In this document: positions 49,107 to 57,559 of the stretch, in pieces
How the letters are laid out: every line of letters starts with the position of its first letter
How positions within the stretch are numbered: position 1 is the stretch's first letter
IMG/VR virus record: IMGVR_UViG_3300042465_006264
Reading direction: 5' to 3' (one strand)
DNA length: 64,000 nt
Source of the DNA: an uncultured virus (IMG/VR IMGVR_UViG_3300042465_006264)
Taxonomy: Duplodnaviria > Heunggongvirae > Uroviricota > Caudoviricetes
Program-made: the position numbers and the translations under genes
Notes under the pieces: generated by a model
What the model was told of the DNA's origin: nothing
Seen by the model: the letters and a program-made list of their open reading frames with translations, nothing else
Databases searched by the model: none

Positions 49107-50639
49107 ATGACTTACGTATTAAACTATAACAAAGAAATTCATGATCTTTATGTATATGATTCGGAACCTGTTTTAAATTGGCAGGAAAACATATATCATT
49201 GGGCTAAACCAGTTTCTTTGAATCCAAATTTATATTTAAATTTCATAACAACTTATATACCCGGACCAATTATACCAAATATACCCGAATCAATTTTACC
49301 AACAAATGTAAATTTTTCAGGAATTGTTGCTAGAAAAAGAGGTGCAGCTTTTTTTCAAACGAATGGTAGGCCATTCGCTGAACAAGTTGCTTTTTTTAAT
49401 GGATTTGGTACAACAATGGGAAATTTTGAACCCTCGGAGCAAGGACCAGTTAATGGTGCAAATAGAGAATTAACATATGCATTAATGGCTGATGGTTGGT
49501 GTGGTGCCTATCCAAATCTCATAAATGATTATAATCATTGGAATACCGGAGATATTCCTGGTTGTTTAATAAGTCCAGCACACGTTCTAGTCGGTGGTCA
49601 TATGATAGATCCTCTTTGGGGCACACTACAAAATTCAGAAAATGGTTTAAGAGGATTTGAAGAAGGAGAACTTGGTGATACCGATACGCCATATATCAGA
49701 TTAAGATTTGTTGGTGAAGGAAATACCTATTATGATAAATTAGCATTTTTAAGTTTTTTCTTAAATAATAGCACAGGGGGTCCGGGATTAAATTGCCAAA
49801 ATAGTAGTGATTTTAGTGGTGTATTTTATGAGTCATCATATTGTCAAAATTATATTGATAATTTAAATAATAATTTTAGTAGTGATGTAACTAGTAAAGA
49901 TCTAGCAATTTTAGAATTGCGAGATCCAGATAATCCAAATGAATGCTTACCATTAACTACTGATGAATTGAAACACGTAAAAATATATAAAATTGGAAAT
50001 TTAAAAAGTTGGCCAAATGGCTCACCTTTATTTATGGTAAATCCACAGGGTGTTGTGTTAGTTTTTAGAAAAAGTAGTGGAGACTCTGTTGGGCAATCTA
50101 CTAGTCATTTTAGAAATTTTCAAGATAATTTAAATTTACCACAACCTGGATTTGTACAATTGGATGGATTGGGTGGAGAAACTGAAACATTTTTTGAAAG
50201 TCTTATATGGATAGGAGACAGTTGCAATTTTGCCTATGGTTATTATCCCCCAACGGGTGAAACTGTATTTTTAGCTTCACTCAATAGTGGACCTTCTTGG
50301 TTTTCATTTGATACAACAAATAAATTATATGATTATGAGTTTTTAAAATCTTTGAAAGAATGGATATATAACAGAATTTACGACGCAACTGGTACAGGAT
50401 ATTACATAGATTGGATTGATTATAATGGAGCAACATCAGCAATAAATTACAATGGAAATGTTTATCCATTAATTTCAACTCTACCAGCTGGAACAACACA
50501 AATATTTTATTCTGGATTCACAAGATCATCGTATCCATACGGGGTTACCTCTGGAATAACATATTCATTTATAGTTTCAGCAGCAAACTCTGCTGGATTT
50601 TCTGGATTTGCTGGACCAACAAGTACGAGAATCATATAA
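49107..50639 (+). CDS. Trypsin-like serine protease ending in the C-terminal half of an FN3 domain
   Basis: LISPAHVLVGGH, DLAILEL, GDSC; SGITYSFIVSAANSAGFS. Confidence 0.65.
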   Translation: MTYVLNYNKEIHDLYVYDSEPVLNWQENIYHWAKPVSLNPNLYLNFITTYIPGPIIPNIPESILPTNVNFSGIVARKRGAAFFQTNGRPFAEQVAFFNGFGTTMGNFEPSEQGPVNGANRELTYALMADGWCGAYPNLINDYNHWNTGDIPGCLISPAHVLVGGHMIDPLWGTLQNSENGLRGFEEGELGDTDTPYIRLRFVGEGNTYYDKLAFLSFFLNNSTGGPGLNCQNSSDFSGVFYESSYCQNYIDNLNNNFSSDVTSKDLAILELRDPDNPNECLPLTTDELKHVKIYKIGNLKSWPNGSPLFMVNPQGVVLVFRKSSGDSVGQSTSHFRNFQDNLNLPQPGFVQLDGLGGETETFFESLIWIGDSCNFAYGYYPPTGETVFLASLNSGPSWFSFDTTNKLYDYEFLKSLKEWIYNRIYDATGTGYYIDWIDYNGATSAINYNGNVYPLISTLPAGTTQIFYSGFTRSSYPYGVTSGITYSFIVSAANSAGFSGFAGPTSTRII

Positions 50640-50656
50640 CATAATAAATATTTTAA

Positions 50657-51310
50657 ATGGCCCTTAATCCTTATTTCAATAACTATGCAGGAGAACAAAA
50701 TTTAGTTGAAGATATAACTATTGAAGTTATAAAAGCAACTGGAACAAACTGTGTTTATGTTCCAAGAGAATATCTAAACATTGATAAAGTTTTTGGTGAG
50801 GATCCTGGAACTAAGTTTATTAATTCTTACCCCATTGAAATGTATTTGCTTACATATAAAGGATTTGAGGGGACTGATGTAATCAGTCAGTTTGGTTTAG
50901 AAATAAGAGACAAAGTTGTTTTGGTATTAGCACGAAGAAGATTTAAAGAAGAAGTTACAAATAACAATTCTAGCATAACAAGACCAAGAGAAGGTGATTT
51001 GATCTATTTTCCTTTGGCAAATTCTTTATTTGAAATAAATTTTGTGGAACATGAAAATCCATTTTATCCACTTGGAAAATTGTATTCTTACACAATAACT
51101 GCAGAACTCTTCACTTACAGTTATGAGAAGATGAATACTAAAAACACATCAATTGATTCTGTTTATAACACGACTAAAGGAGCATGTGCTGCTAATATAA
51201 TACCTATGAACAATATGTTGGGAACTACTGCAGGAATAAATGATGTTCTTGAAAGTGAATCTTCTCTATATTCATTCAATGAAAATGATCCAAATGAAGC
51301 CTGCCCTTAA
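50657..51310 (+). CDS. gp14: Neck protein
   Basis: MALNPYF..EQNLVED, VYVPRE, YPIEMY, RPREGDLIYFP, FEINFVEHE. Confidence 0.93.
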   Translation: MALNPYFNNYAGEQNLVEDITIEVIKATGTNCVYVPREYLNIDKVFGEDPGTKFINSYPIEMYLLTYKGFEGTDVISQFGLEIRDKVVLVLARRRFKEEVTNNNSSITRPREGDLIYFPLANSLFEINFVEHENPFYPLGKLYSYTITAELFTYSYEKMNTKNTSIDSVYNTTKGACAANIIPMNNMLGTTAGINDVLESESSLYSFNENDPNEACP

Positions 51311-51354
51311 TAAATTTATATAAATATTTCAAGATAATAAAACAAAGGCAAAAA

Positions 51355-51744
51355 ATGCAAAACAATGACCATCACTACAAGTTAAGATGTGCAAAATTAA
51401 ATGAAATGAAGAAAAAGTTAATAGCAGATTTAAATTTGATTAATGAGCAATTGGCAGCACAATCAATGCCACAAGGTGTTCAAACTCAACCAAATGCTGT
51501 TAATAAAGGAAAACAAGATCCAAAAAAATCAATTGAGGCACCAGTTAAAATGCAACATGGTTTTGCTCATACAGGAAATGCTGCAGAAGCACAAGAAGAT
51601 ATTTTAAAAAGTTATTCCGATAACCCCGAAACAGAAGATCAAGAAATGGCAAAAGATGCTTCTTGGCAATCTGTAAATTCTGCAGTTGGAAATTATATGA
51701 CACAACAAGTTGCTAAACTTGCAAAATCACAATACATGGCCTAA
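51355..51744 (+). CDS. Late hypothetical protein
   Basis: TATAAATA upstream; LINE site. Confidence 0.6.
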   Translation: MQNNDHHYKLRCAKLNEMKKKLIADLNLINEQLAAQSMPQGVQTQPNAVNKGKQDPKKSIEAPVKMQHGFAHTGNAAEAQEDILKSYSDNPETEDQEMAKDASWQSVNSAVGNYMTQQVAKLAKSQYMA

Positions 51745-52466
51745 TGAAAACTTTTGGTCAATTTATCACAGAGTCATCAGATCTGACTTTAAGATACCAT
51801 AATGAATTAAATTCAAAGTTGTGGTATGGTGATAAATTAAAACCAGAAGTACGTGAAAAATTAATAGATATAGGAAATGCTTGGGCAGAATTTTCTAAGA
51901 TTCCCCAAGAAGCAGTCAAAGATATGATTATTGTTGGTGGAAATGCAAATTTTAATTATACGGATTACTCGGATATAGATTTACATCTTTTGGTAGATAA
52001 AGAAGAAATGCCTGATTGTCCAGATTTGTTGGATGACTTTTTAAAAGATAAAAAACAATTGTGGTCATTATCACATGATATTTCGATATATGGGCACGAT
52101 GTAGAATTATATGCACAAGATATAAATGATGAATTTCCAGCAAGTCAAGGAGTTTATAGTTTAACTCAAAACAACTGGATGGTTCCTCCAACAAAACAAG
52201 AAGTAAATTTTGATGATCCCAATCTTATAAGAAAAATTAACGATTATACAAATAAGATTAATGATTTGATAGATTCAAATGCAGAGGATGAATCTTTTAA
52301 AAAATTGAAGAAAAAGTTTGGTGATATGAGAAAAGCAGGTATTAAAAAGGCTGGTGAATTTTCTCAAGAAAACTTAATTTTTAAAGAACTTAGAAATAAG
52401 GGATATTTGGATAAAATGAATCAATATATCAAATCCAAAGAAGATGAAAAATTAAGTTTAAAATAA
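51744..52466 (+). CDS. Pol-beta-superfamily nucleotidyltransferase-like protein with CTS
   Basis: MKTFGQFITE; GGNANFNY..SDIDLH; VELY; GEFSQENLIFKELR. Confidence 0.8.
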   Translation: MKTFGQFITESSDLTLRYHNELNSKLWYGDKLKPEVREKLIDIGNAWAEFSKIPQEAVKDMIIVGGNANFNYTDYSDIDLHLLVDKEEMPDCPDLLDDFLKDKKQLWSLSHDISIYGHDVELYAQDINDEFPASQGVYSLTQNNWMVPPTKQEVNFDDPNLIRKINDYTNKINDLIDSNAEDESFKKLKKKFGDMRKAGIKKAGEFSQENLIFKELRNKGYLDKMNQYIKSKEDEKLSLK

Positions 52467-52492
52467 TATAAATAATTAACACAGGATAAAAA

Positions 52493-53158
52493 ATGGATCC
52501 AACATATAGAAAAATCGAACAATTGCTCACTACAACTCAAATGCTCGCAGAAGAATTAGAAATCGTTTATGATATTCTAGACAATCTTTTTGAAGAGGAA
52601 GATTATGATCTCTCTGTAGAAGCACTTCTTGAAAAGAAGAACTGGATTCAAAAGGCTATCAAGAAAGAGGGTTCCCTTCGTAAGACTTTGAAAGCAAAGA
52701 AGGGAAAGAATATCCCAGCATCCAAACTAAAGAAAGCTGCAGAGAAGGGTGGAAAGACTGGTAAGCGTGCTCGTCTTGCTATGACTCTTCGTAAACTAAA
52801 TGAAACTGTAGATAGAAATGGTGATGGAGACATTGATGCTTCTGACTTTGCACAACAACAATTTGAATGGACTCAAATTGGTGGTTGGGATGTCCCATCA
52901 AGAGAATTTGGTGAAGGATTGTTAGCTGCAACAGAACTTGGAAGACAGGCATCAGCAGCAAAATATGGCTCACCACAACAAGTAGAACTTTCTAGAGCCG
53001 CGCTTTCTGCAAGAAAGCAAATGGAAGCCCACCCACATTTTGGTGAATTTAGAAAAGGACATCCAAGAAAAAGAAATCAACCAAAAGGACCCGAAATGGG
53101 CCCATATATCCCAGCCTCACCGGGTGAACGGGCTTTAGGATTGTTTGGAGCAGACTAA
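52493..53158 (+). CDS. Modular late protein (basic module plus EF-hand-like motif)
   Basis: KNWIQKAIKKEGSLR..GKRARLAMTL between LLE and LNE sites; DRNGDGDIDASD. Confidence 0.65.
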   Translation: MDPTYRKIEQLLTTTQMLAEELEIVYDILDNLFEEEDYDLSVEALLEKKNWIQKAIKKEGSLRKTLKAKKGKNIPASKLKKAAEKGGKTGKRARLAMTLRKLNETVDRNGDGDIDASDFAQQQFEWTQIGGWDVPSREFGEGLLAATELGRQASAAKYGSPQQVELSRAALSARKQMEAHPHFGEFRKGHPRKRNQPKGPEMGPYIPASPGERALGLFGAD

Positions 53159-53188
53159 CTCCCCACTAGGAATAGTATTCTTAGTCCG

Positions 53189-53220
53189 ACAACCCCGAGT
53201 TAATCGGGGTTGTTTCTTTC
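53189..53220 (+). terminator. Terminator hairpin between convergent genes
   Basis: ACAACCCCGA-GTTAA-TCGGGGTTGT followed by T-rich tail. Confidence 0.7.
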
Positions 53221-53478
53221 TACAAAAGCAACCCAGTCTTGATGAACTACATGGTTGCCTTGATATCCATCTTTAATCTTACTTACATCCCACCAGATAA
53301 TATCACCAACTTGGATATCCTCAGTAAGTTTATTACCAACTGCTTCTACTTTTGCTGGGACAATTTTTGAACTTGATCGTTCATTGTATATAATTCCTGC
53401 AGCAGTAGTCTTTTGACCACCGATCAAAGACTTTGCGAGTATCCATTTACCTACTGGTTTCATTGGTTTGTCTTTCAT
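53200..53478 (-). CDS. groES: Co-chaperonin GroES-like (gp31-like)
   Basis: MKPVGKWIL..KTTAAGII..AKVEAVG..IQVGD. Confidence 0.8.
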   Translation of the reverse strand: MKDKPMKPVGKWILAKSLIGGQKTTAAGIIYNERSSSKIVPAKVEAVGNKLTEDIQVGDIIWWDVSKIKDGYQGNHVVHQDWVAFVERNNPD

Positions 53479-53480
53479 AA

Positions 53481-53551
53481 TTCCTTCGCTAGGATTCGAA
53501 CCTAGAAAGAGAGATCCAAAGTCTCCCGTGTTACCGTTACACCACGAAGGA
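53481..53551 (-). tRNA. tRNA-Gln(TTG)
   Basis: TCCTTCG/CGAAGGA acceptor; CTTTGGA loop. Confidence 0.92.
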
Positions 53552-54097
53552 GTGAACCTTGGCACAATAATTATTCATTATAATACCAGAGGCAGTACCA
53601 ACATTAATGCTTCTCACAGAACCATACTGAGGAATGTAAAGAAGATCATCACACATATCTAGAACGTTTTCAGGAACACCGATTTGTTCCTGCCCAAAGA
53701 TCATAATATAATGCACATTGGGGTCAAAGTCAAATGCATTTATGTCTTTTGCTTCAGGTACATTGTCAATTCCCAATAGTTTAACTTTGCCTTCATGCTT
53801 GGAAACAGTTTCTTCAATGTAGGAGCCGAGATCTTCAATGCTCCGGACATGACGAAGGTGGGTGTAGTGATGAGTACCGACAGTCCCCCGCCTATCGTAC
53901 TTTTTATTCCCATAGATTACGACTTCTTTCGCCAGAAACGCATTGCTGTTGCGTATAATGGTAGCAATATTAAAATCGTTCCCAATGTTGCAACACACAA
54001 CAGCATAGTTATGGCGCTTGCTGTCAAGATTAGTGAGTATAGCTTCGTCATCCCAATATTTATAATGGTCTATGAGATTACGGGTTTCCGGATTCAT
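53537..54097 (-). CDS. TrmH/SpoU-family RNA 2'-O-methyltransferase
   Basis: NIATIIRN, FGQEQIGV, YIPQYGSVRSINVGTASGI (SPOUT motifs). Confidence 0.9.
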   Translation of the reverse strand: MNPETRNLIDHYKYWDDEAILTNLDSKRHNYAVVCCNIGNDFNIATIIRNSNAFLAKEVVIYGNKKYDRRGTVGTHHYTHLRHVRSIEDLGSYIEETVSKHEGKVKLLGIDNVPEAKDINAFDFDPNVHYIMIFGQEQIGVPENVLDMCDDLLYIPQYGSVRSINVGTASGIIMNNYCAKVHSFVV

Positions 54098-54239
54098 ATA
54101 CAGCTAGTTTGACTTCAAGATCTTTTACACGGGCTTCCAAACGTTCAAACACTATGAGTTGCATAAAGAATGTTATGCACAAAATTGCTGATGCAAACAG
54201 AGCATCATAGTAGGTAAAATATTTTTTTTCTTTATTCAT
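54078..54239 (-). CDS. Small single-TM protein (53 aa)
   Basis: MNKEKKYFTYYDALFASAILCITFFMQLIVFERLE. Confidence 0.55.
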   Translation of the reverse strand: MNKEKKYFTYYDALFASAILCITFFMQLIVFERLEARVKDLEVKLAVYESGNP

Positions 54240-54245
54240 AATTTA

Positions 54246-54515
54246 TTACGGTGACGCTAACCAATCTTCACCATCCTTTGCAGCCTTTACATAAGATCTT
54301 AGATCCCATTCAGAATTAGCAATTGAATCAAATGCAAGCATAATTCTTATGTGACGAGTATTTCGTGACATTGTATCCATATTTTCTGGATTTTTTACAT
54401 TTTCTTGTAATAGTTTATTGATAAGATCTACACTAGCATCCAATCCATGAACATGTTTTTCAATTTCTTCTTCTGTAAATTGTGGTTGATTGTTTAAATT
54501 AATTGGTTGTTCCAT
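54246..54515 (-). CDS. Hypothetical protein
   Basis: DASVDLIN..RNTRHIRIML. Confidence 0.6.
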   Translation of the reverse strand: MEQPINLNNQPQFTEEEIEKHVHGLDASVDLINKLLQENVKNPENMDTMSRNTRHIRIMLAFDSIANSEWDLRSYVKAAKDGEDWLASP

Positions 54516-54536
54516 ATATAAACTTTCTTAATATAT

Positions 54537-54782
54537 TTATTCGTCTTTTCCCTTTCCCCATCCACCACCATTTTCATATTCCTTTAAAATTGAATGACTT
54601 GTATCTACATGATCTTTATAAATTTCATTGAGTCTATGTTGCATTGGAAAATGCTTCAAAACTCTTGCTGCTCGTTCTCTAATTTCAGAGGGAACCTTTG
54701 GGGTATGAGCAGGATTCAACAGATCATAAAGAAAGTTTTTTACGGCAACTAAACTTTGATATTCTTCATATGGTAATGTCAT
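54537..54782 (-). CDS. Conserved small phage protein
   Basis: MTLPYEEYQS..FLYDLL..TPKVP..IRERA..LKHFP. Confidence 0.7.
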   Translation of the reverse strand: MTLPYEEYQSLVAVKNFLYDLLNPAHTPKVPSEIRERAARVLKHFPMQHRLNEIYKDHVDTSHSILKEYENGGGWGKGKDE

Positions 54783-54784
54783 AA

Positions 54785-54858
54785 TGATCCCTAGGGGATT
54801 CGAACCCCTGTTATGGCCTTGAAAGGGCCGTGTCCTAGACCGACTAGACGAAGGGACC
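54785..54858 (-). tRNA. tRNA-Glu(TTC)
   Basis: GGTCCCT/AGGGATC acceptor; CTTTCAA loop; GTTCGAA. Confidence 0.93.
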
Positions 54859-54861
54859 AGT

Positions 54862-55026
54862 TCATTCGTTCTTAGCTTTGATTTCAAGGGCAAGGAAAGC
54901 AAGAATCATACCAACAACACTTCCAACAACAGCACCTTCGTAATTTTTGTAAAAGAGAAATCCAACGAGATTGATGGCGATCAAAATTATCATTGGAACC
55001 ATGAGTTTGTTCAGTACATTTTTCAT
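54862..55026 (-). CDS. Small 2-TM protein (54 aa)
   Basis: Leaderless after TTGACT-N16-TAATAT (55033-55060). Confidence 0.6.
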   Translation of the reverse strand: MKNVLNKLMVPMIILIAINLVGFLFYKNYEGAVVGSVVGMILAFLALEIKAKNE

Positions 55027-55080
55027 ATGCTTATATTAGCATCAAGCGGAGTAAAGTCAAGAAATTGTCTAAATAATTCT

Positions 55081-55593
55081 ATGAACTACCTTACAAACTA
55101 TTATAAAAATTTATCGGAAGATTTATCAAGAAGAGTTACTTTGCTTGAAAATTATTTAACAGAAATGCAAGCACAAATTGCTTCCGGAAATCCTGAAATC
55201 GCAGTTTCAGAAACCGATATCGAAGCAGCTGTTGCTCCACCAACATCCAAAACTCCATCCCATGTTCCACCAAGACCCACTGGACCTTCCACACCAACAA
55301 ATCCGGGCCCAGCACCAAAAAGAAGAGATGGAGAAAGTGATAAACAATATCAAGATAGATACAAACAGTGGCTTAAGGAAACAAAGAGATGGGAAATATA
55401 TCAAAAATTTCGTGAGGAAATTGAAAGAGGTGGTAACAATGTTTTTACTTGGCCTACAAGAATTCCTAACGAAAGAGTGGGTGATGAGATGCGCGCAATT
55501 CCTCCAGCTAAAACTGGTGATATATACATCACAGAAAATGGGCAGGTATACAGAGTAGTAGGAAATAATCCAGGAATTTGGGTTTTAGTTTGA
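55081..55593 (+). CDS. Late protein with MNYLTNYY leader
   Basis: CTAAATA upstream; first 13 residues identical to those of 44992. Confidence 0.7.
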   Translation: MNYLTNYYKNLSEDLSRRVTLLENYLTEMQAQIASGNPEIAVSETDIEAAVAPPTSKTPSHVPPRPTGPSTPTNPGPAPKRRDGESDKQYQDRYKQWLKETKRWEIYQKFREEIERGGNNVFTWPTRIPNERVGDEMRAIPPAKTGDIYITENGQVYRVVGNNPGIWVLV

Positions 55594-55964
55594 AAAAATT
55601 TTTAGAATATCTTAACGAGTCGGATTACAGAAAGACTTTGCTAAAAAAAGCAGAGTCTTCCGCTTCAAAGTTGGAAAATGAAGCCAAAAATAGAATATTA
55701 AATATAATTCCACCCACAACCGAAGATGATATGGCTATTGTGGTTCCAGGTGTTTTACTTCAATCGGAAATAGATCAAGAAGGATATCCAACCGGAGAAA
55801 TAATTACAACAATCAATGATCCGGGTGTTATTGAACATTCTAAAAAAGTTCAAAAGAACATGGATGATTTACTTGGTGTTACAGAAAGAAATAAACAGCA
55901 AGATTCAAGAATTGAAAAATTTTTGAAACAAAATTTAAATAGAAACAATCAAGATAAACTTTGA
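55590..55964 (+). CDS. Late protein with CTS-like N-terminus
   Basis: TTG start overlapping the upstream TGA; (M)KKFLEYLNE. Confidence 0.6.
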   Translation: MKKFLEYLNESDYRKTLLKKAESSASKLENEAKNRILNIIPPTTEDDMAIVVPGVLLQSEIDQEGYPTGEIITTINDPGVIEHSKKVQKNMDDLLGVTERNKQQDSRIEKFLKQNLNRNNQDKL

Positions 55965-57049
55965 ATTCTTTCCCCAATCCATTCCATGCAATTTACGGCC
56001 ATGCTGTTTCCAAGAACTTTATATCTATGTCCATCGGGGCACTCAGGCTTTCCACGCCAAGGAATTAAAGTATAATCATCAGGGAATCCCTGAAGTCTCT
56101 CACATTCACGGGGAGTCAGTTTACGCACTCGACTTCTCTGTTGGGTTGGCACAGAAACAAATAAGCCACACTCGTCACCAGCAGGACCACCTGAGCCTTT
56201 CGCCCATTTGCTGGTTACGGTATCTGAGCAAGTAGGATCGTTGCCACCGTAGAATGGCATGTTCACGATGGCAGCAAACGAAGCATTATCTCTTGCCAAA
56301 GTATGACAAGGATCACCAGGCACACGACTCTGCCTATTAATCGGTGCAGTTATTTGGAAGAGGTCGTAGGGAACGGGGATGTAGGTGTCTCCGTCTTCTC
56401 GGTGTCGTGACCAGCCTCTTGCTCCAAGGCATTTTGCAATATCTTCGGGAGAATCTTCCCCCGCTTTGCTGCGCGACTTAGAATGCCTTTGCAGGCTTTG
56501 GGACTCAAAAAGAACTTGGGCTGCACTGGTTGTGTCTCCAAGACATCCGACAACGAAGACACGTCTCCTGCGCTGCGGGACGGCAAAGGGGTGCCCGTGT
56601 GTTCTGACCCATTGAGCGTCCAAGATCCGGTAGGCCCACCCATACCCCAAGTCCCCCAGCGCCCCGAGGAAGGTTCCAAAATCCCTTCCTCCGTTGCTGG
56701 ACAGAACACCGGGGACATTTTCCCATACAATCCATCGGGGGCGCTGACTCCTAGCGATTTCAAGGTAAGTGAGCATGAGTCCTCCACGGGGATCGGAGAG
56801 TCCTCCTCTGAATCCTGCCAAAGAGAAAGACTGGCACGGAGTACCCCCAACGAGGAGGTCGATTTGTTCTTTGATTTCCCATTTTTCATAATTTTTCATG
56901 TCTCCAAAGTTTGGAACATTCGGATAATGATGAGCCAATACAGCGGATGGAAATGGATCAATCTCGCTGAATCCAACAGGTTTCCATCCAAGTGGATGCC
57001 ATGCAACCGTAGCGGCTTCAATACCTGAACATACTGATAAGTATTTCAT
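55949..57049 (-). CDS. C5-cytosine DNA methyltransferase
   Basis: SVCSGIEA, GGTPCQSFS, WENV, PQRRRRVF, LTPRECERLQGFP, GNS. Confidence 0.95.
   Translation of the reverse strand: MKYLSVCSGIEAATVAWHPLGWKPVGFSEIDPFPSAVLAHHYPNVPNFGDMKNYEKWEIKEQIDLLVGGTPCQSFSLAGFRGGLSDPRGGLMLTYLEIARSQRPRWIVWENVPGVLSSNGGRDFGTFLGALGDLGYGWAYRILDAQWVRTHGHPFAVPQRRRRVFVVGCLGDTTSAAQVLFESQSLQRHSKSRSKAGEDSPEDIAKCLGARGWSRHREDGDTYIPVPYDLFQITAPINRQSRVPGDPCHTLARDNASFAAIVNMPFYGGNDPTCSDTVTSKWAKGSGGPAGDECGLFVSVPTQQRSRVRKLTPRECERLQGFPDDYTLIPWRGKPECPDGHRYKVLGNSMAVNCMEWIGERIQSLS
56350..56889 (-). CDS. Alternative-frame ORF nested in Dcm, M.EcoHK31I beta-subunit-like
   Basis: SLSDVLE..KFFLSPKACKGILSRAAKRGK.LP. Confidence 0.6.
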   Translation of the reverse strand: MKNGKSKNKSTSSLGVLRASLSLWQDSEEDSPIPVEDSCSLTLKSLGVSAPDGLYGKMSPVFCPATEEGILEPSSGRWGTWGMGGPTGSWTLNGSEHTGTPLPSRSAGDVSSLSDVLETQPVQPKFFLSPKACKGILSRAAKRGKILPKILQNALEQEAGHDTEKTETPTSPFPTTSSK

Positions 57050-57477
57050 ATTAATTCGTTAGAAGAATCAGTTGTATGTGGCACACCGTCTCTTATTCGC
57101 TCCAAATATCTGACGGCATTCAAAACACCTTCAAGATCATCACCTAATTTTCCAATTCCAATATTACAGAGATCACATATCCAACCACGGAACTTATTGG
57201 TCTTGTAATCATGATCTAAAATAAGTTTTCCTTTTGGTCTATCTTTCGGACTTTTTCCACAACATTGACATAATTCTGTAACAGGAGGTGCAGTCTTATG
57301 TATTTCTCTTATAACTTTATCAAATTTTCTACCACAATCCACACAACGAGGATGATAATAATTTCTATCTTTTCTAAAAGAAGAAATGGGTTTTCTTTCC
57401 TTGCAACGAATACAAATTTTTGTAGTAATCAATTTAGGTTGACTTACTTCAAAAATTTTGTTTAATTCTTCTTTCAT
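57046..57477 (-). CDS. Endonuclease VII-like (His-Me) endonuclease
   Basis: CxxC pairs, LDHDYKTNKFRGWICDLCNIGIG..GDD. Confidence 0.85.
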   Translation of the reverse strand: MKEELNKIFEVSQPKLITTKICIRCKERKPISSFRKDRNYYHPRCVDCGRKFDKVIREIHKTAPPVTELCQCCGKSPKDRPKGKLILDHDYKTNKFRGWICDLCNIGIGKLGDDLEGVLNAVRYLERIRDGVPHTTDSSNELI

Positions 57478-57485
57478 TGTATTAG

Positions 57486-57559
57486 TCGGGCATGCTGGAT
57501 TTGAACCAACGACATCTTGCTCCCAAAGCAAGCACTCTACCAAGCTGAGTTAATGCCCG
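57486..57559 (-). tRNA. tRNA-Pro(TGG)
   Basis: CGGGCAT/ATGCCCG acceptor; CTTGC-TTTGGGA-GCAAG. Confidence 0.93.
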
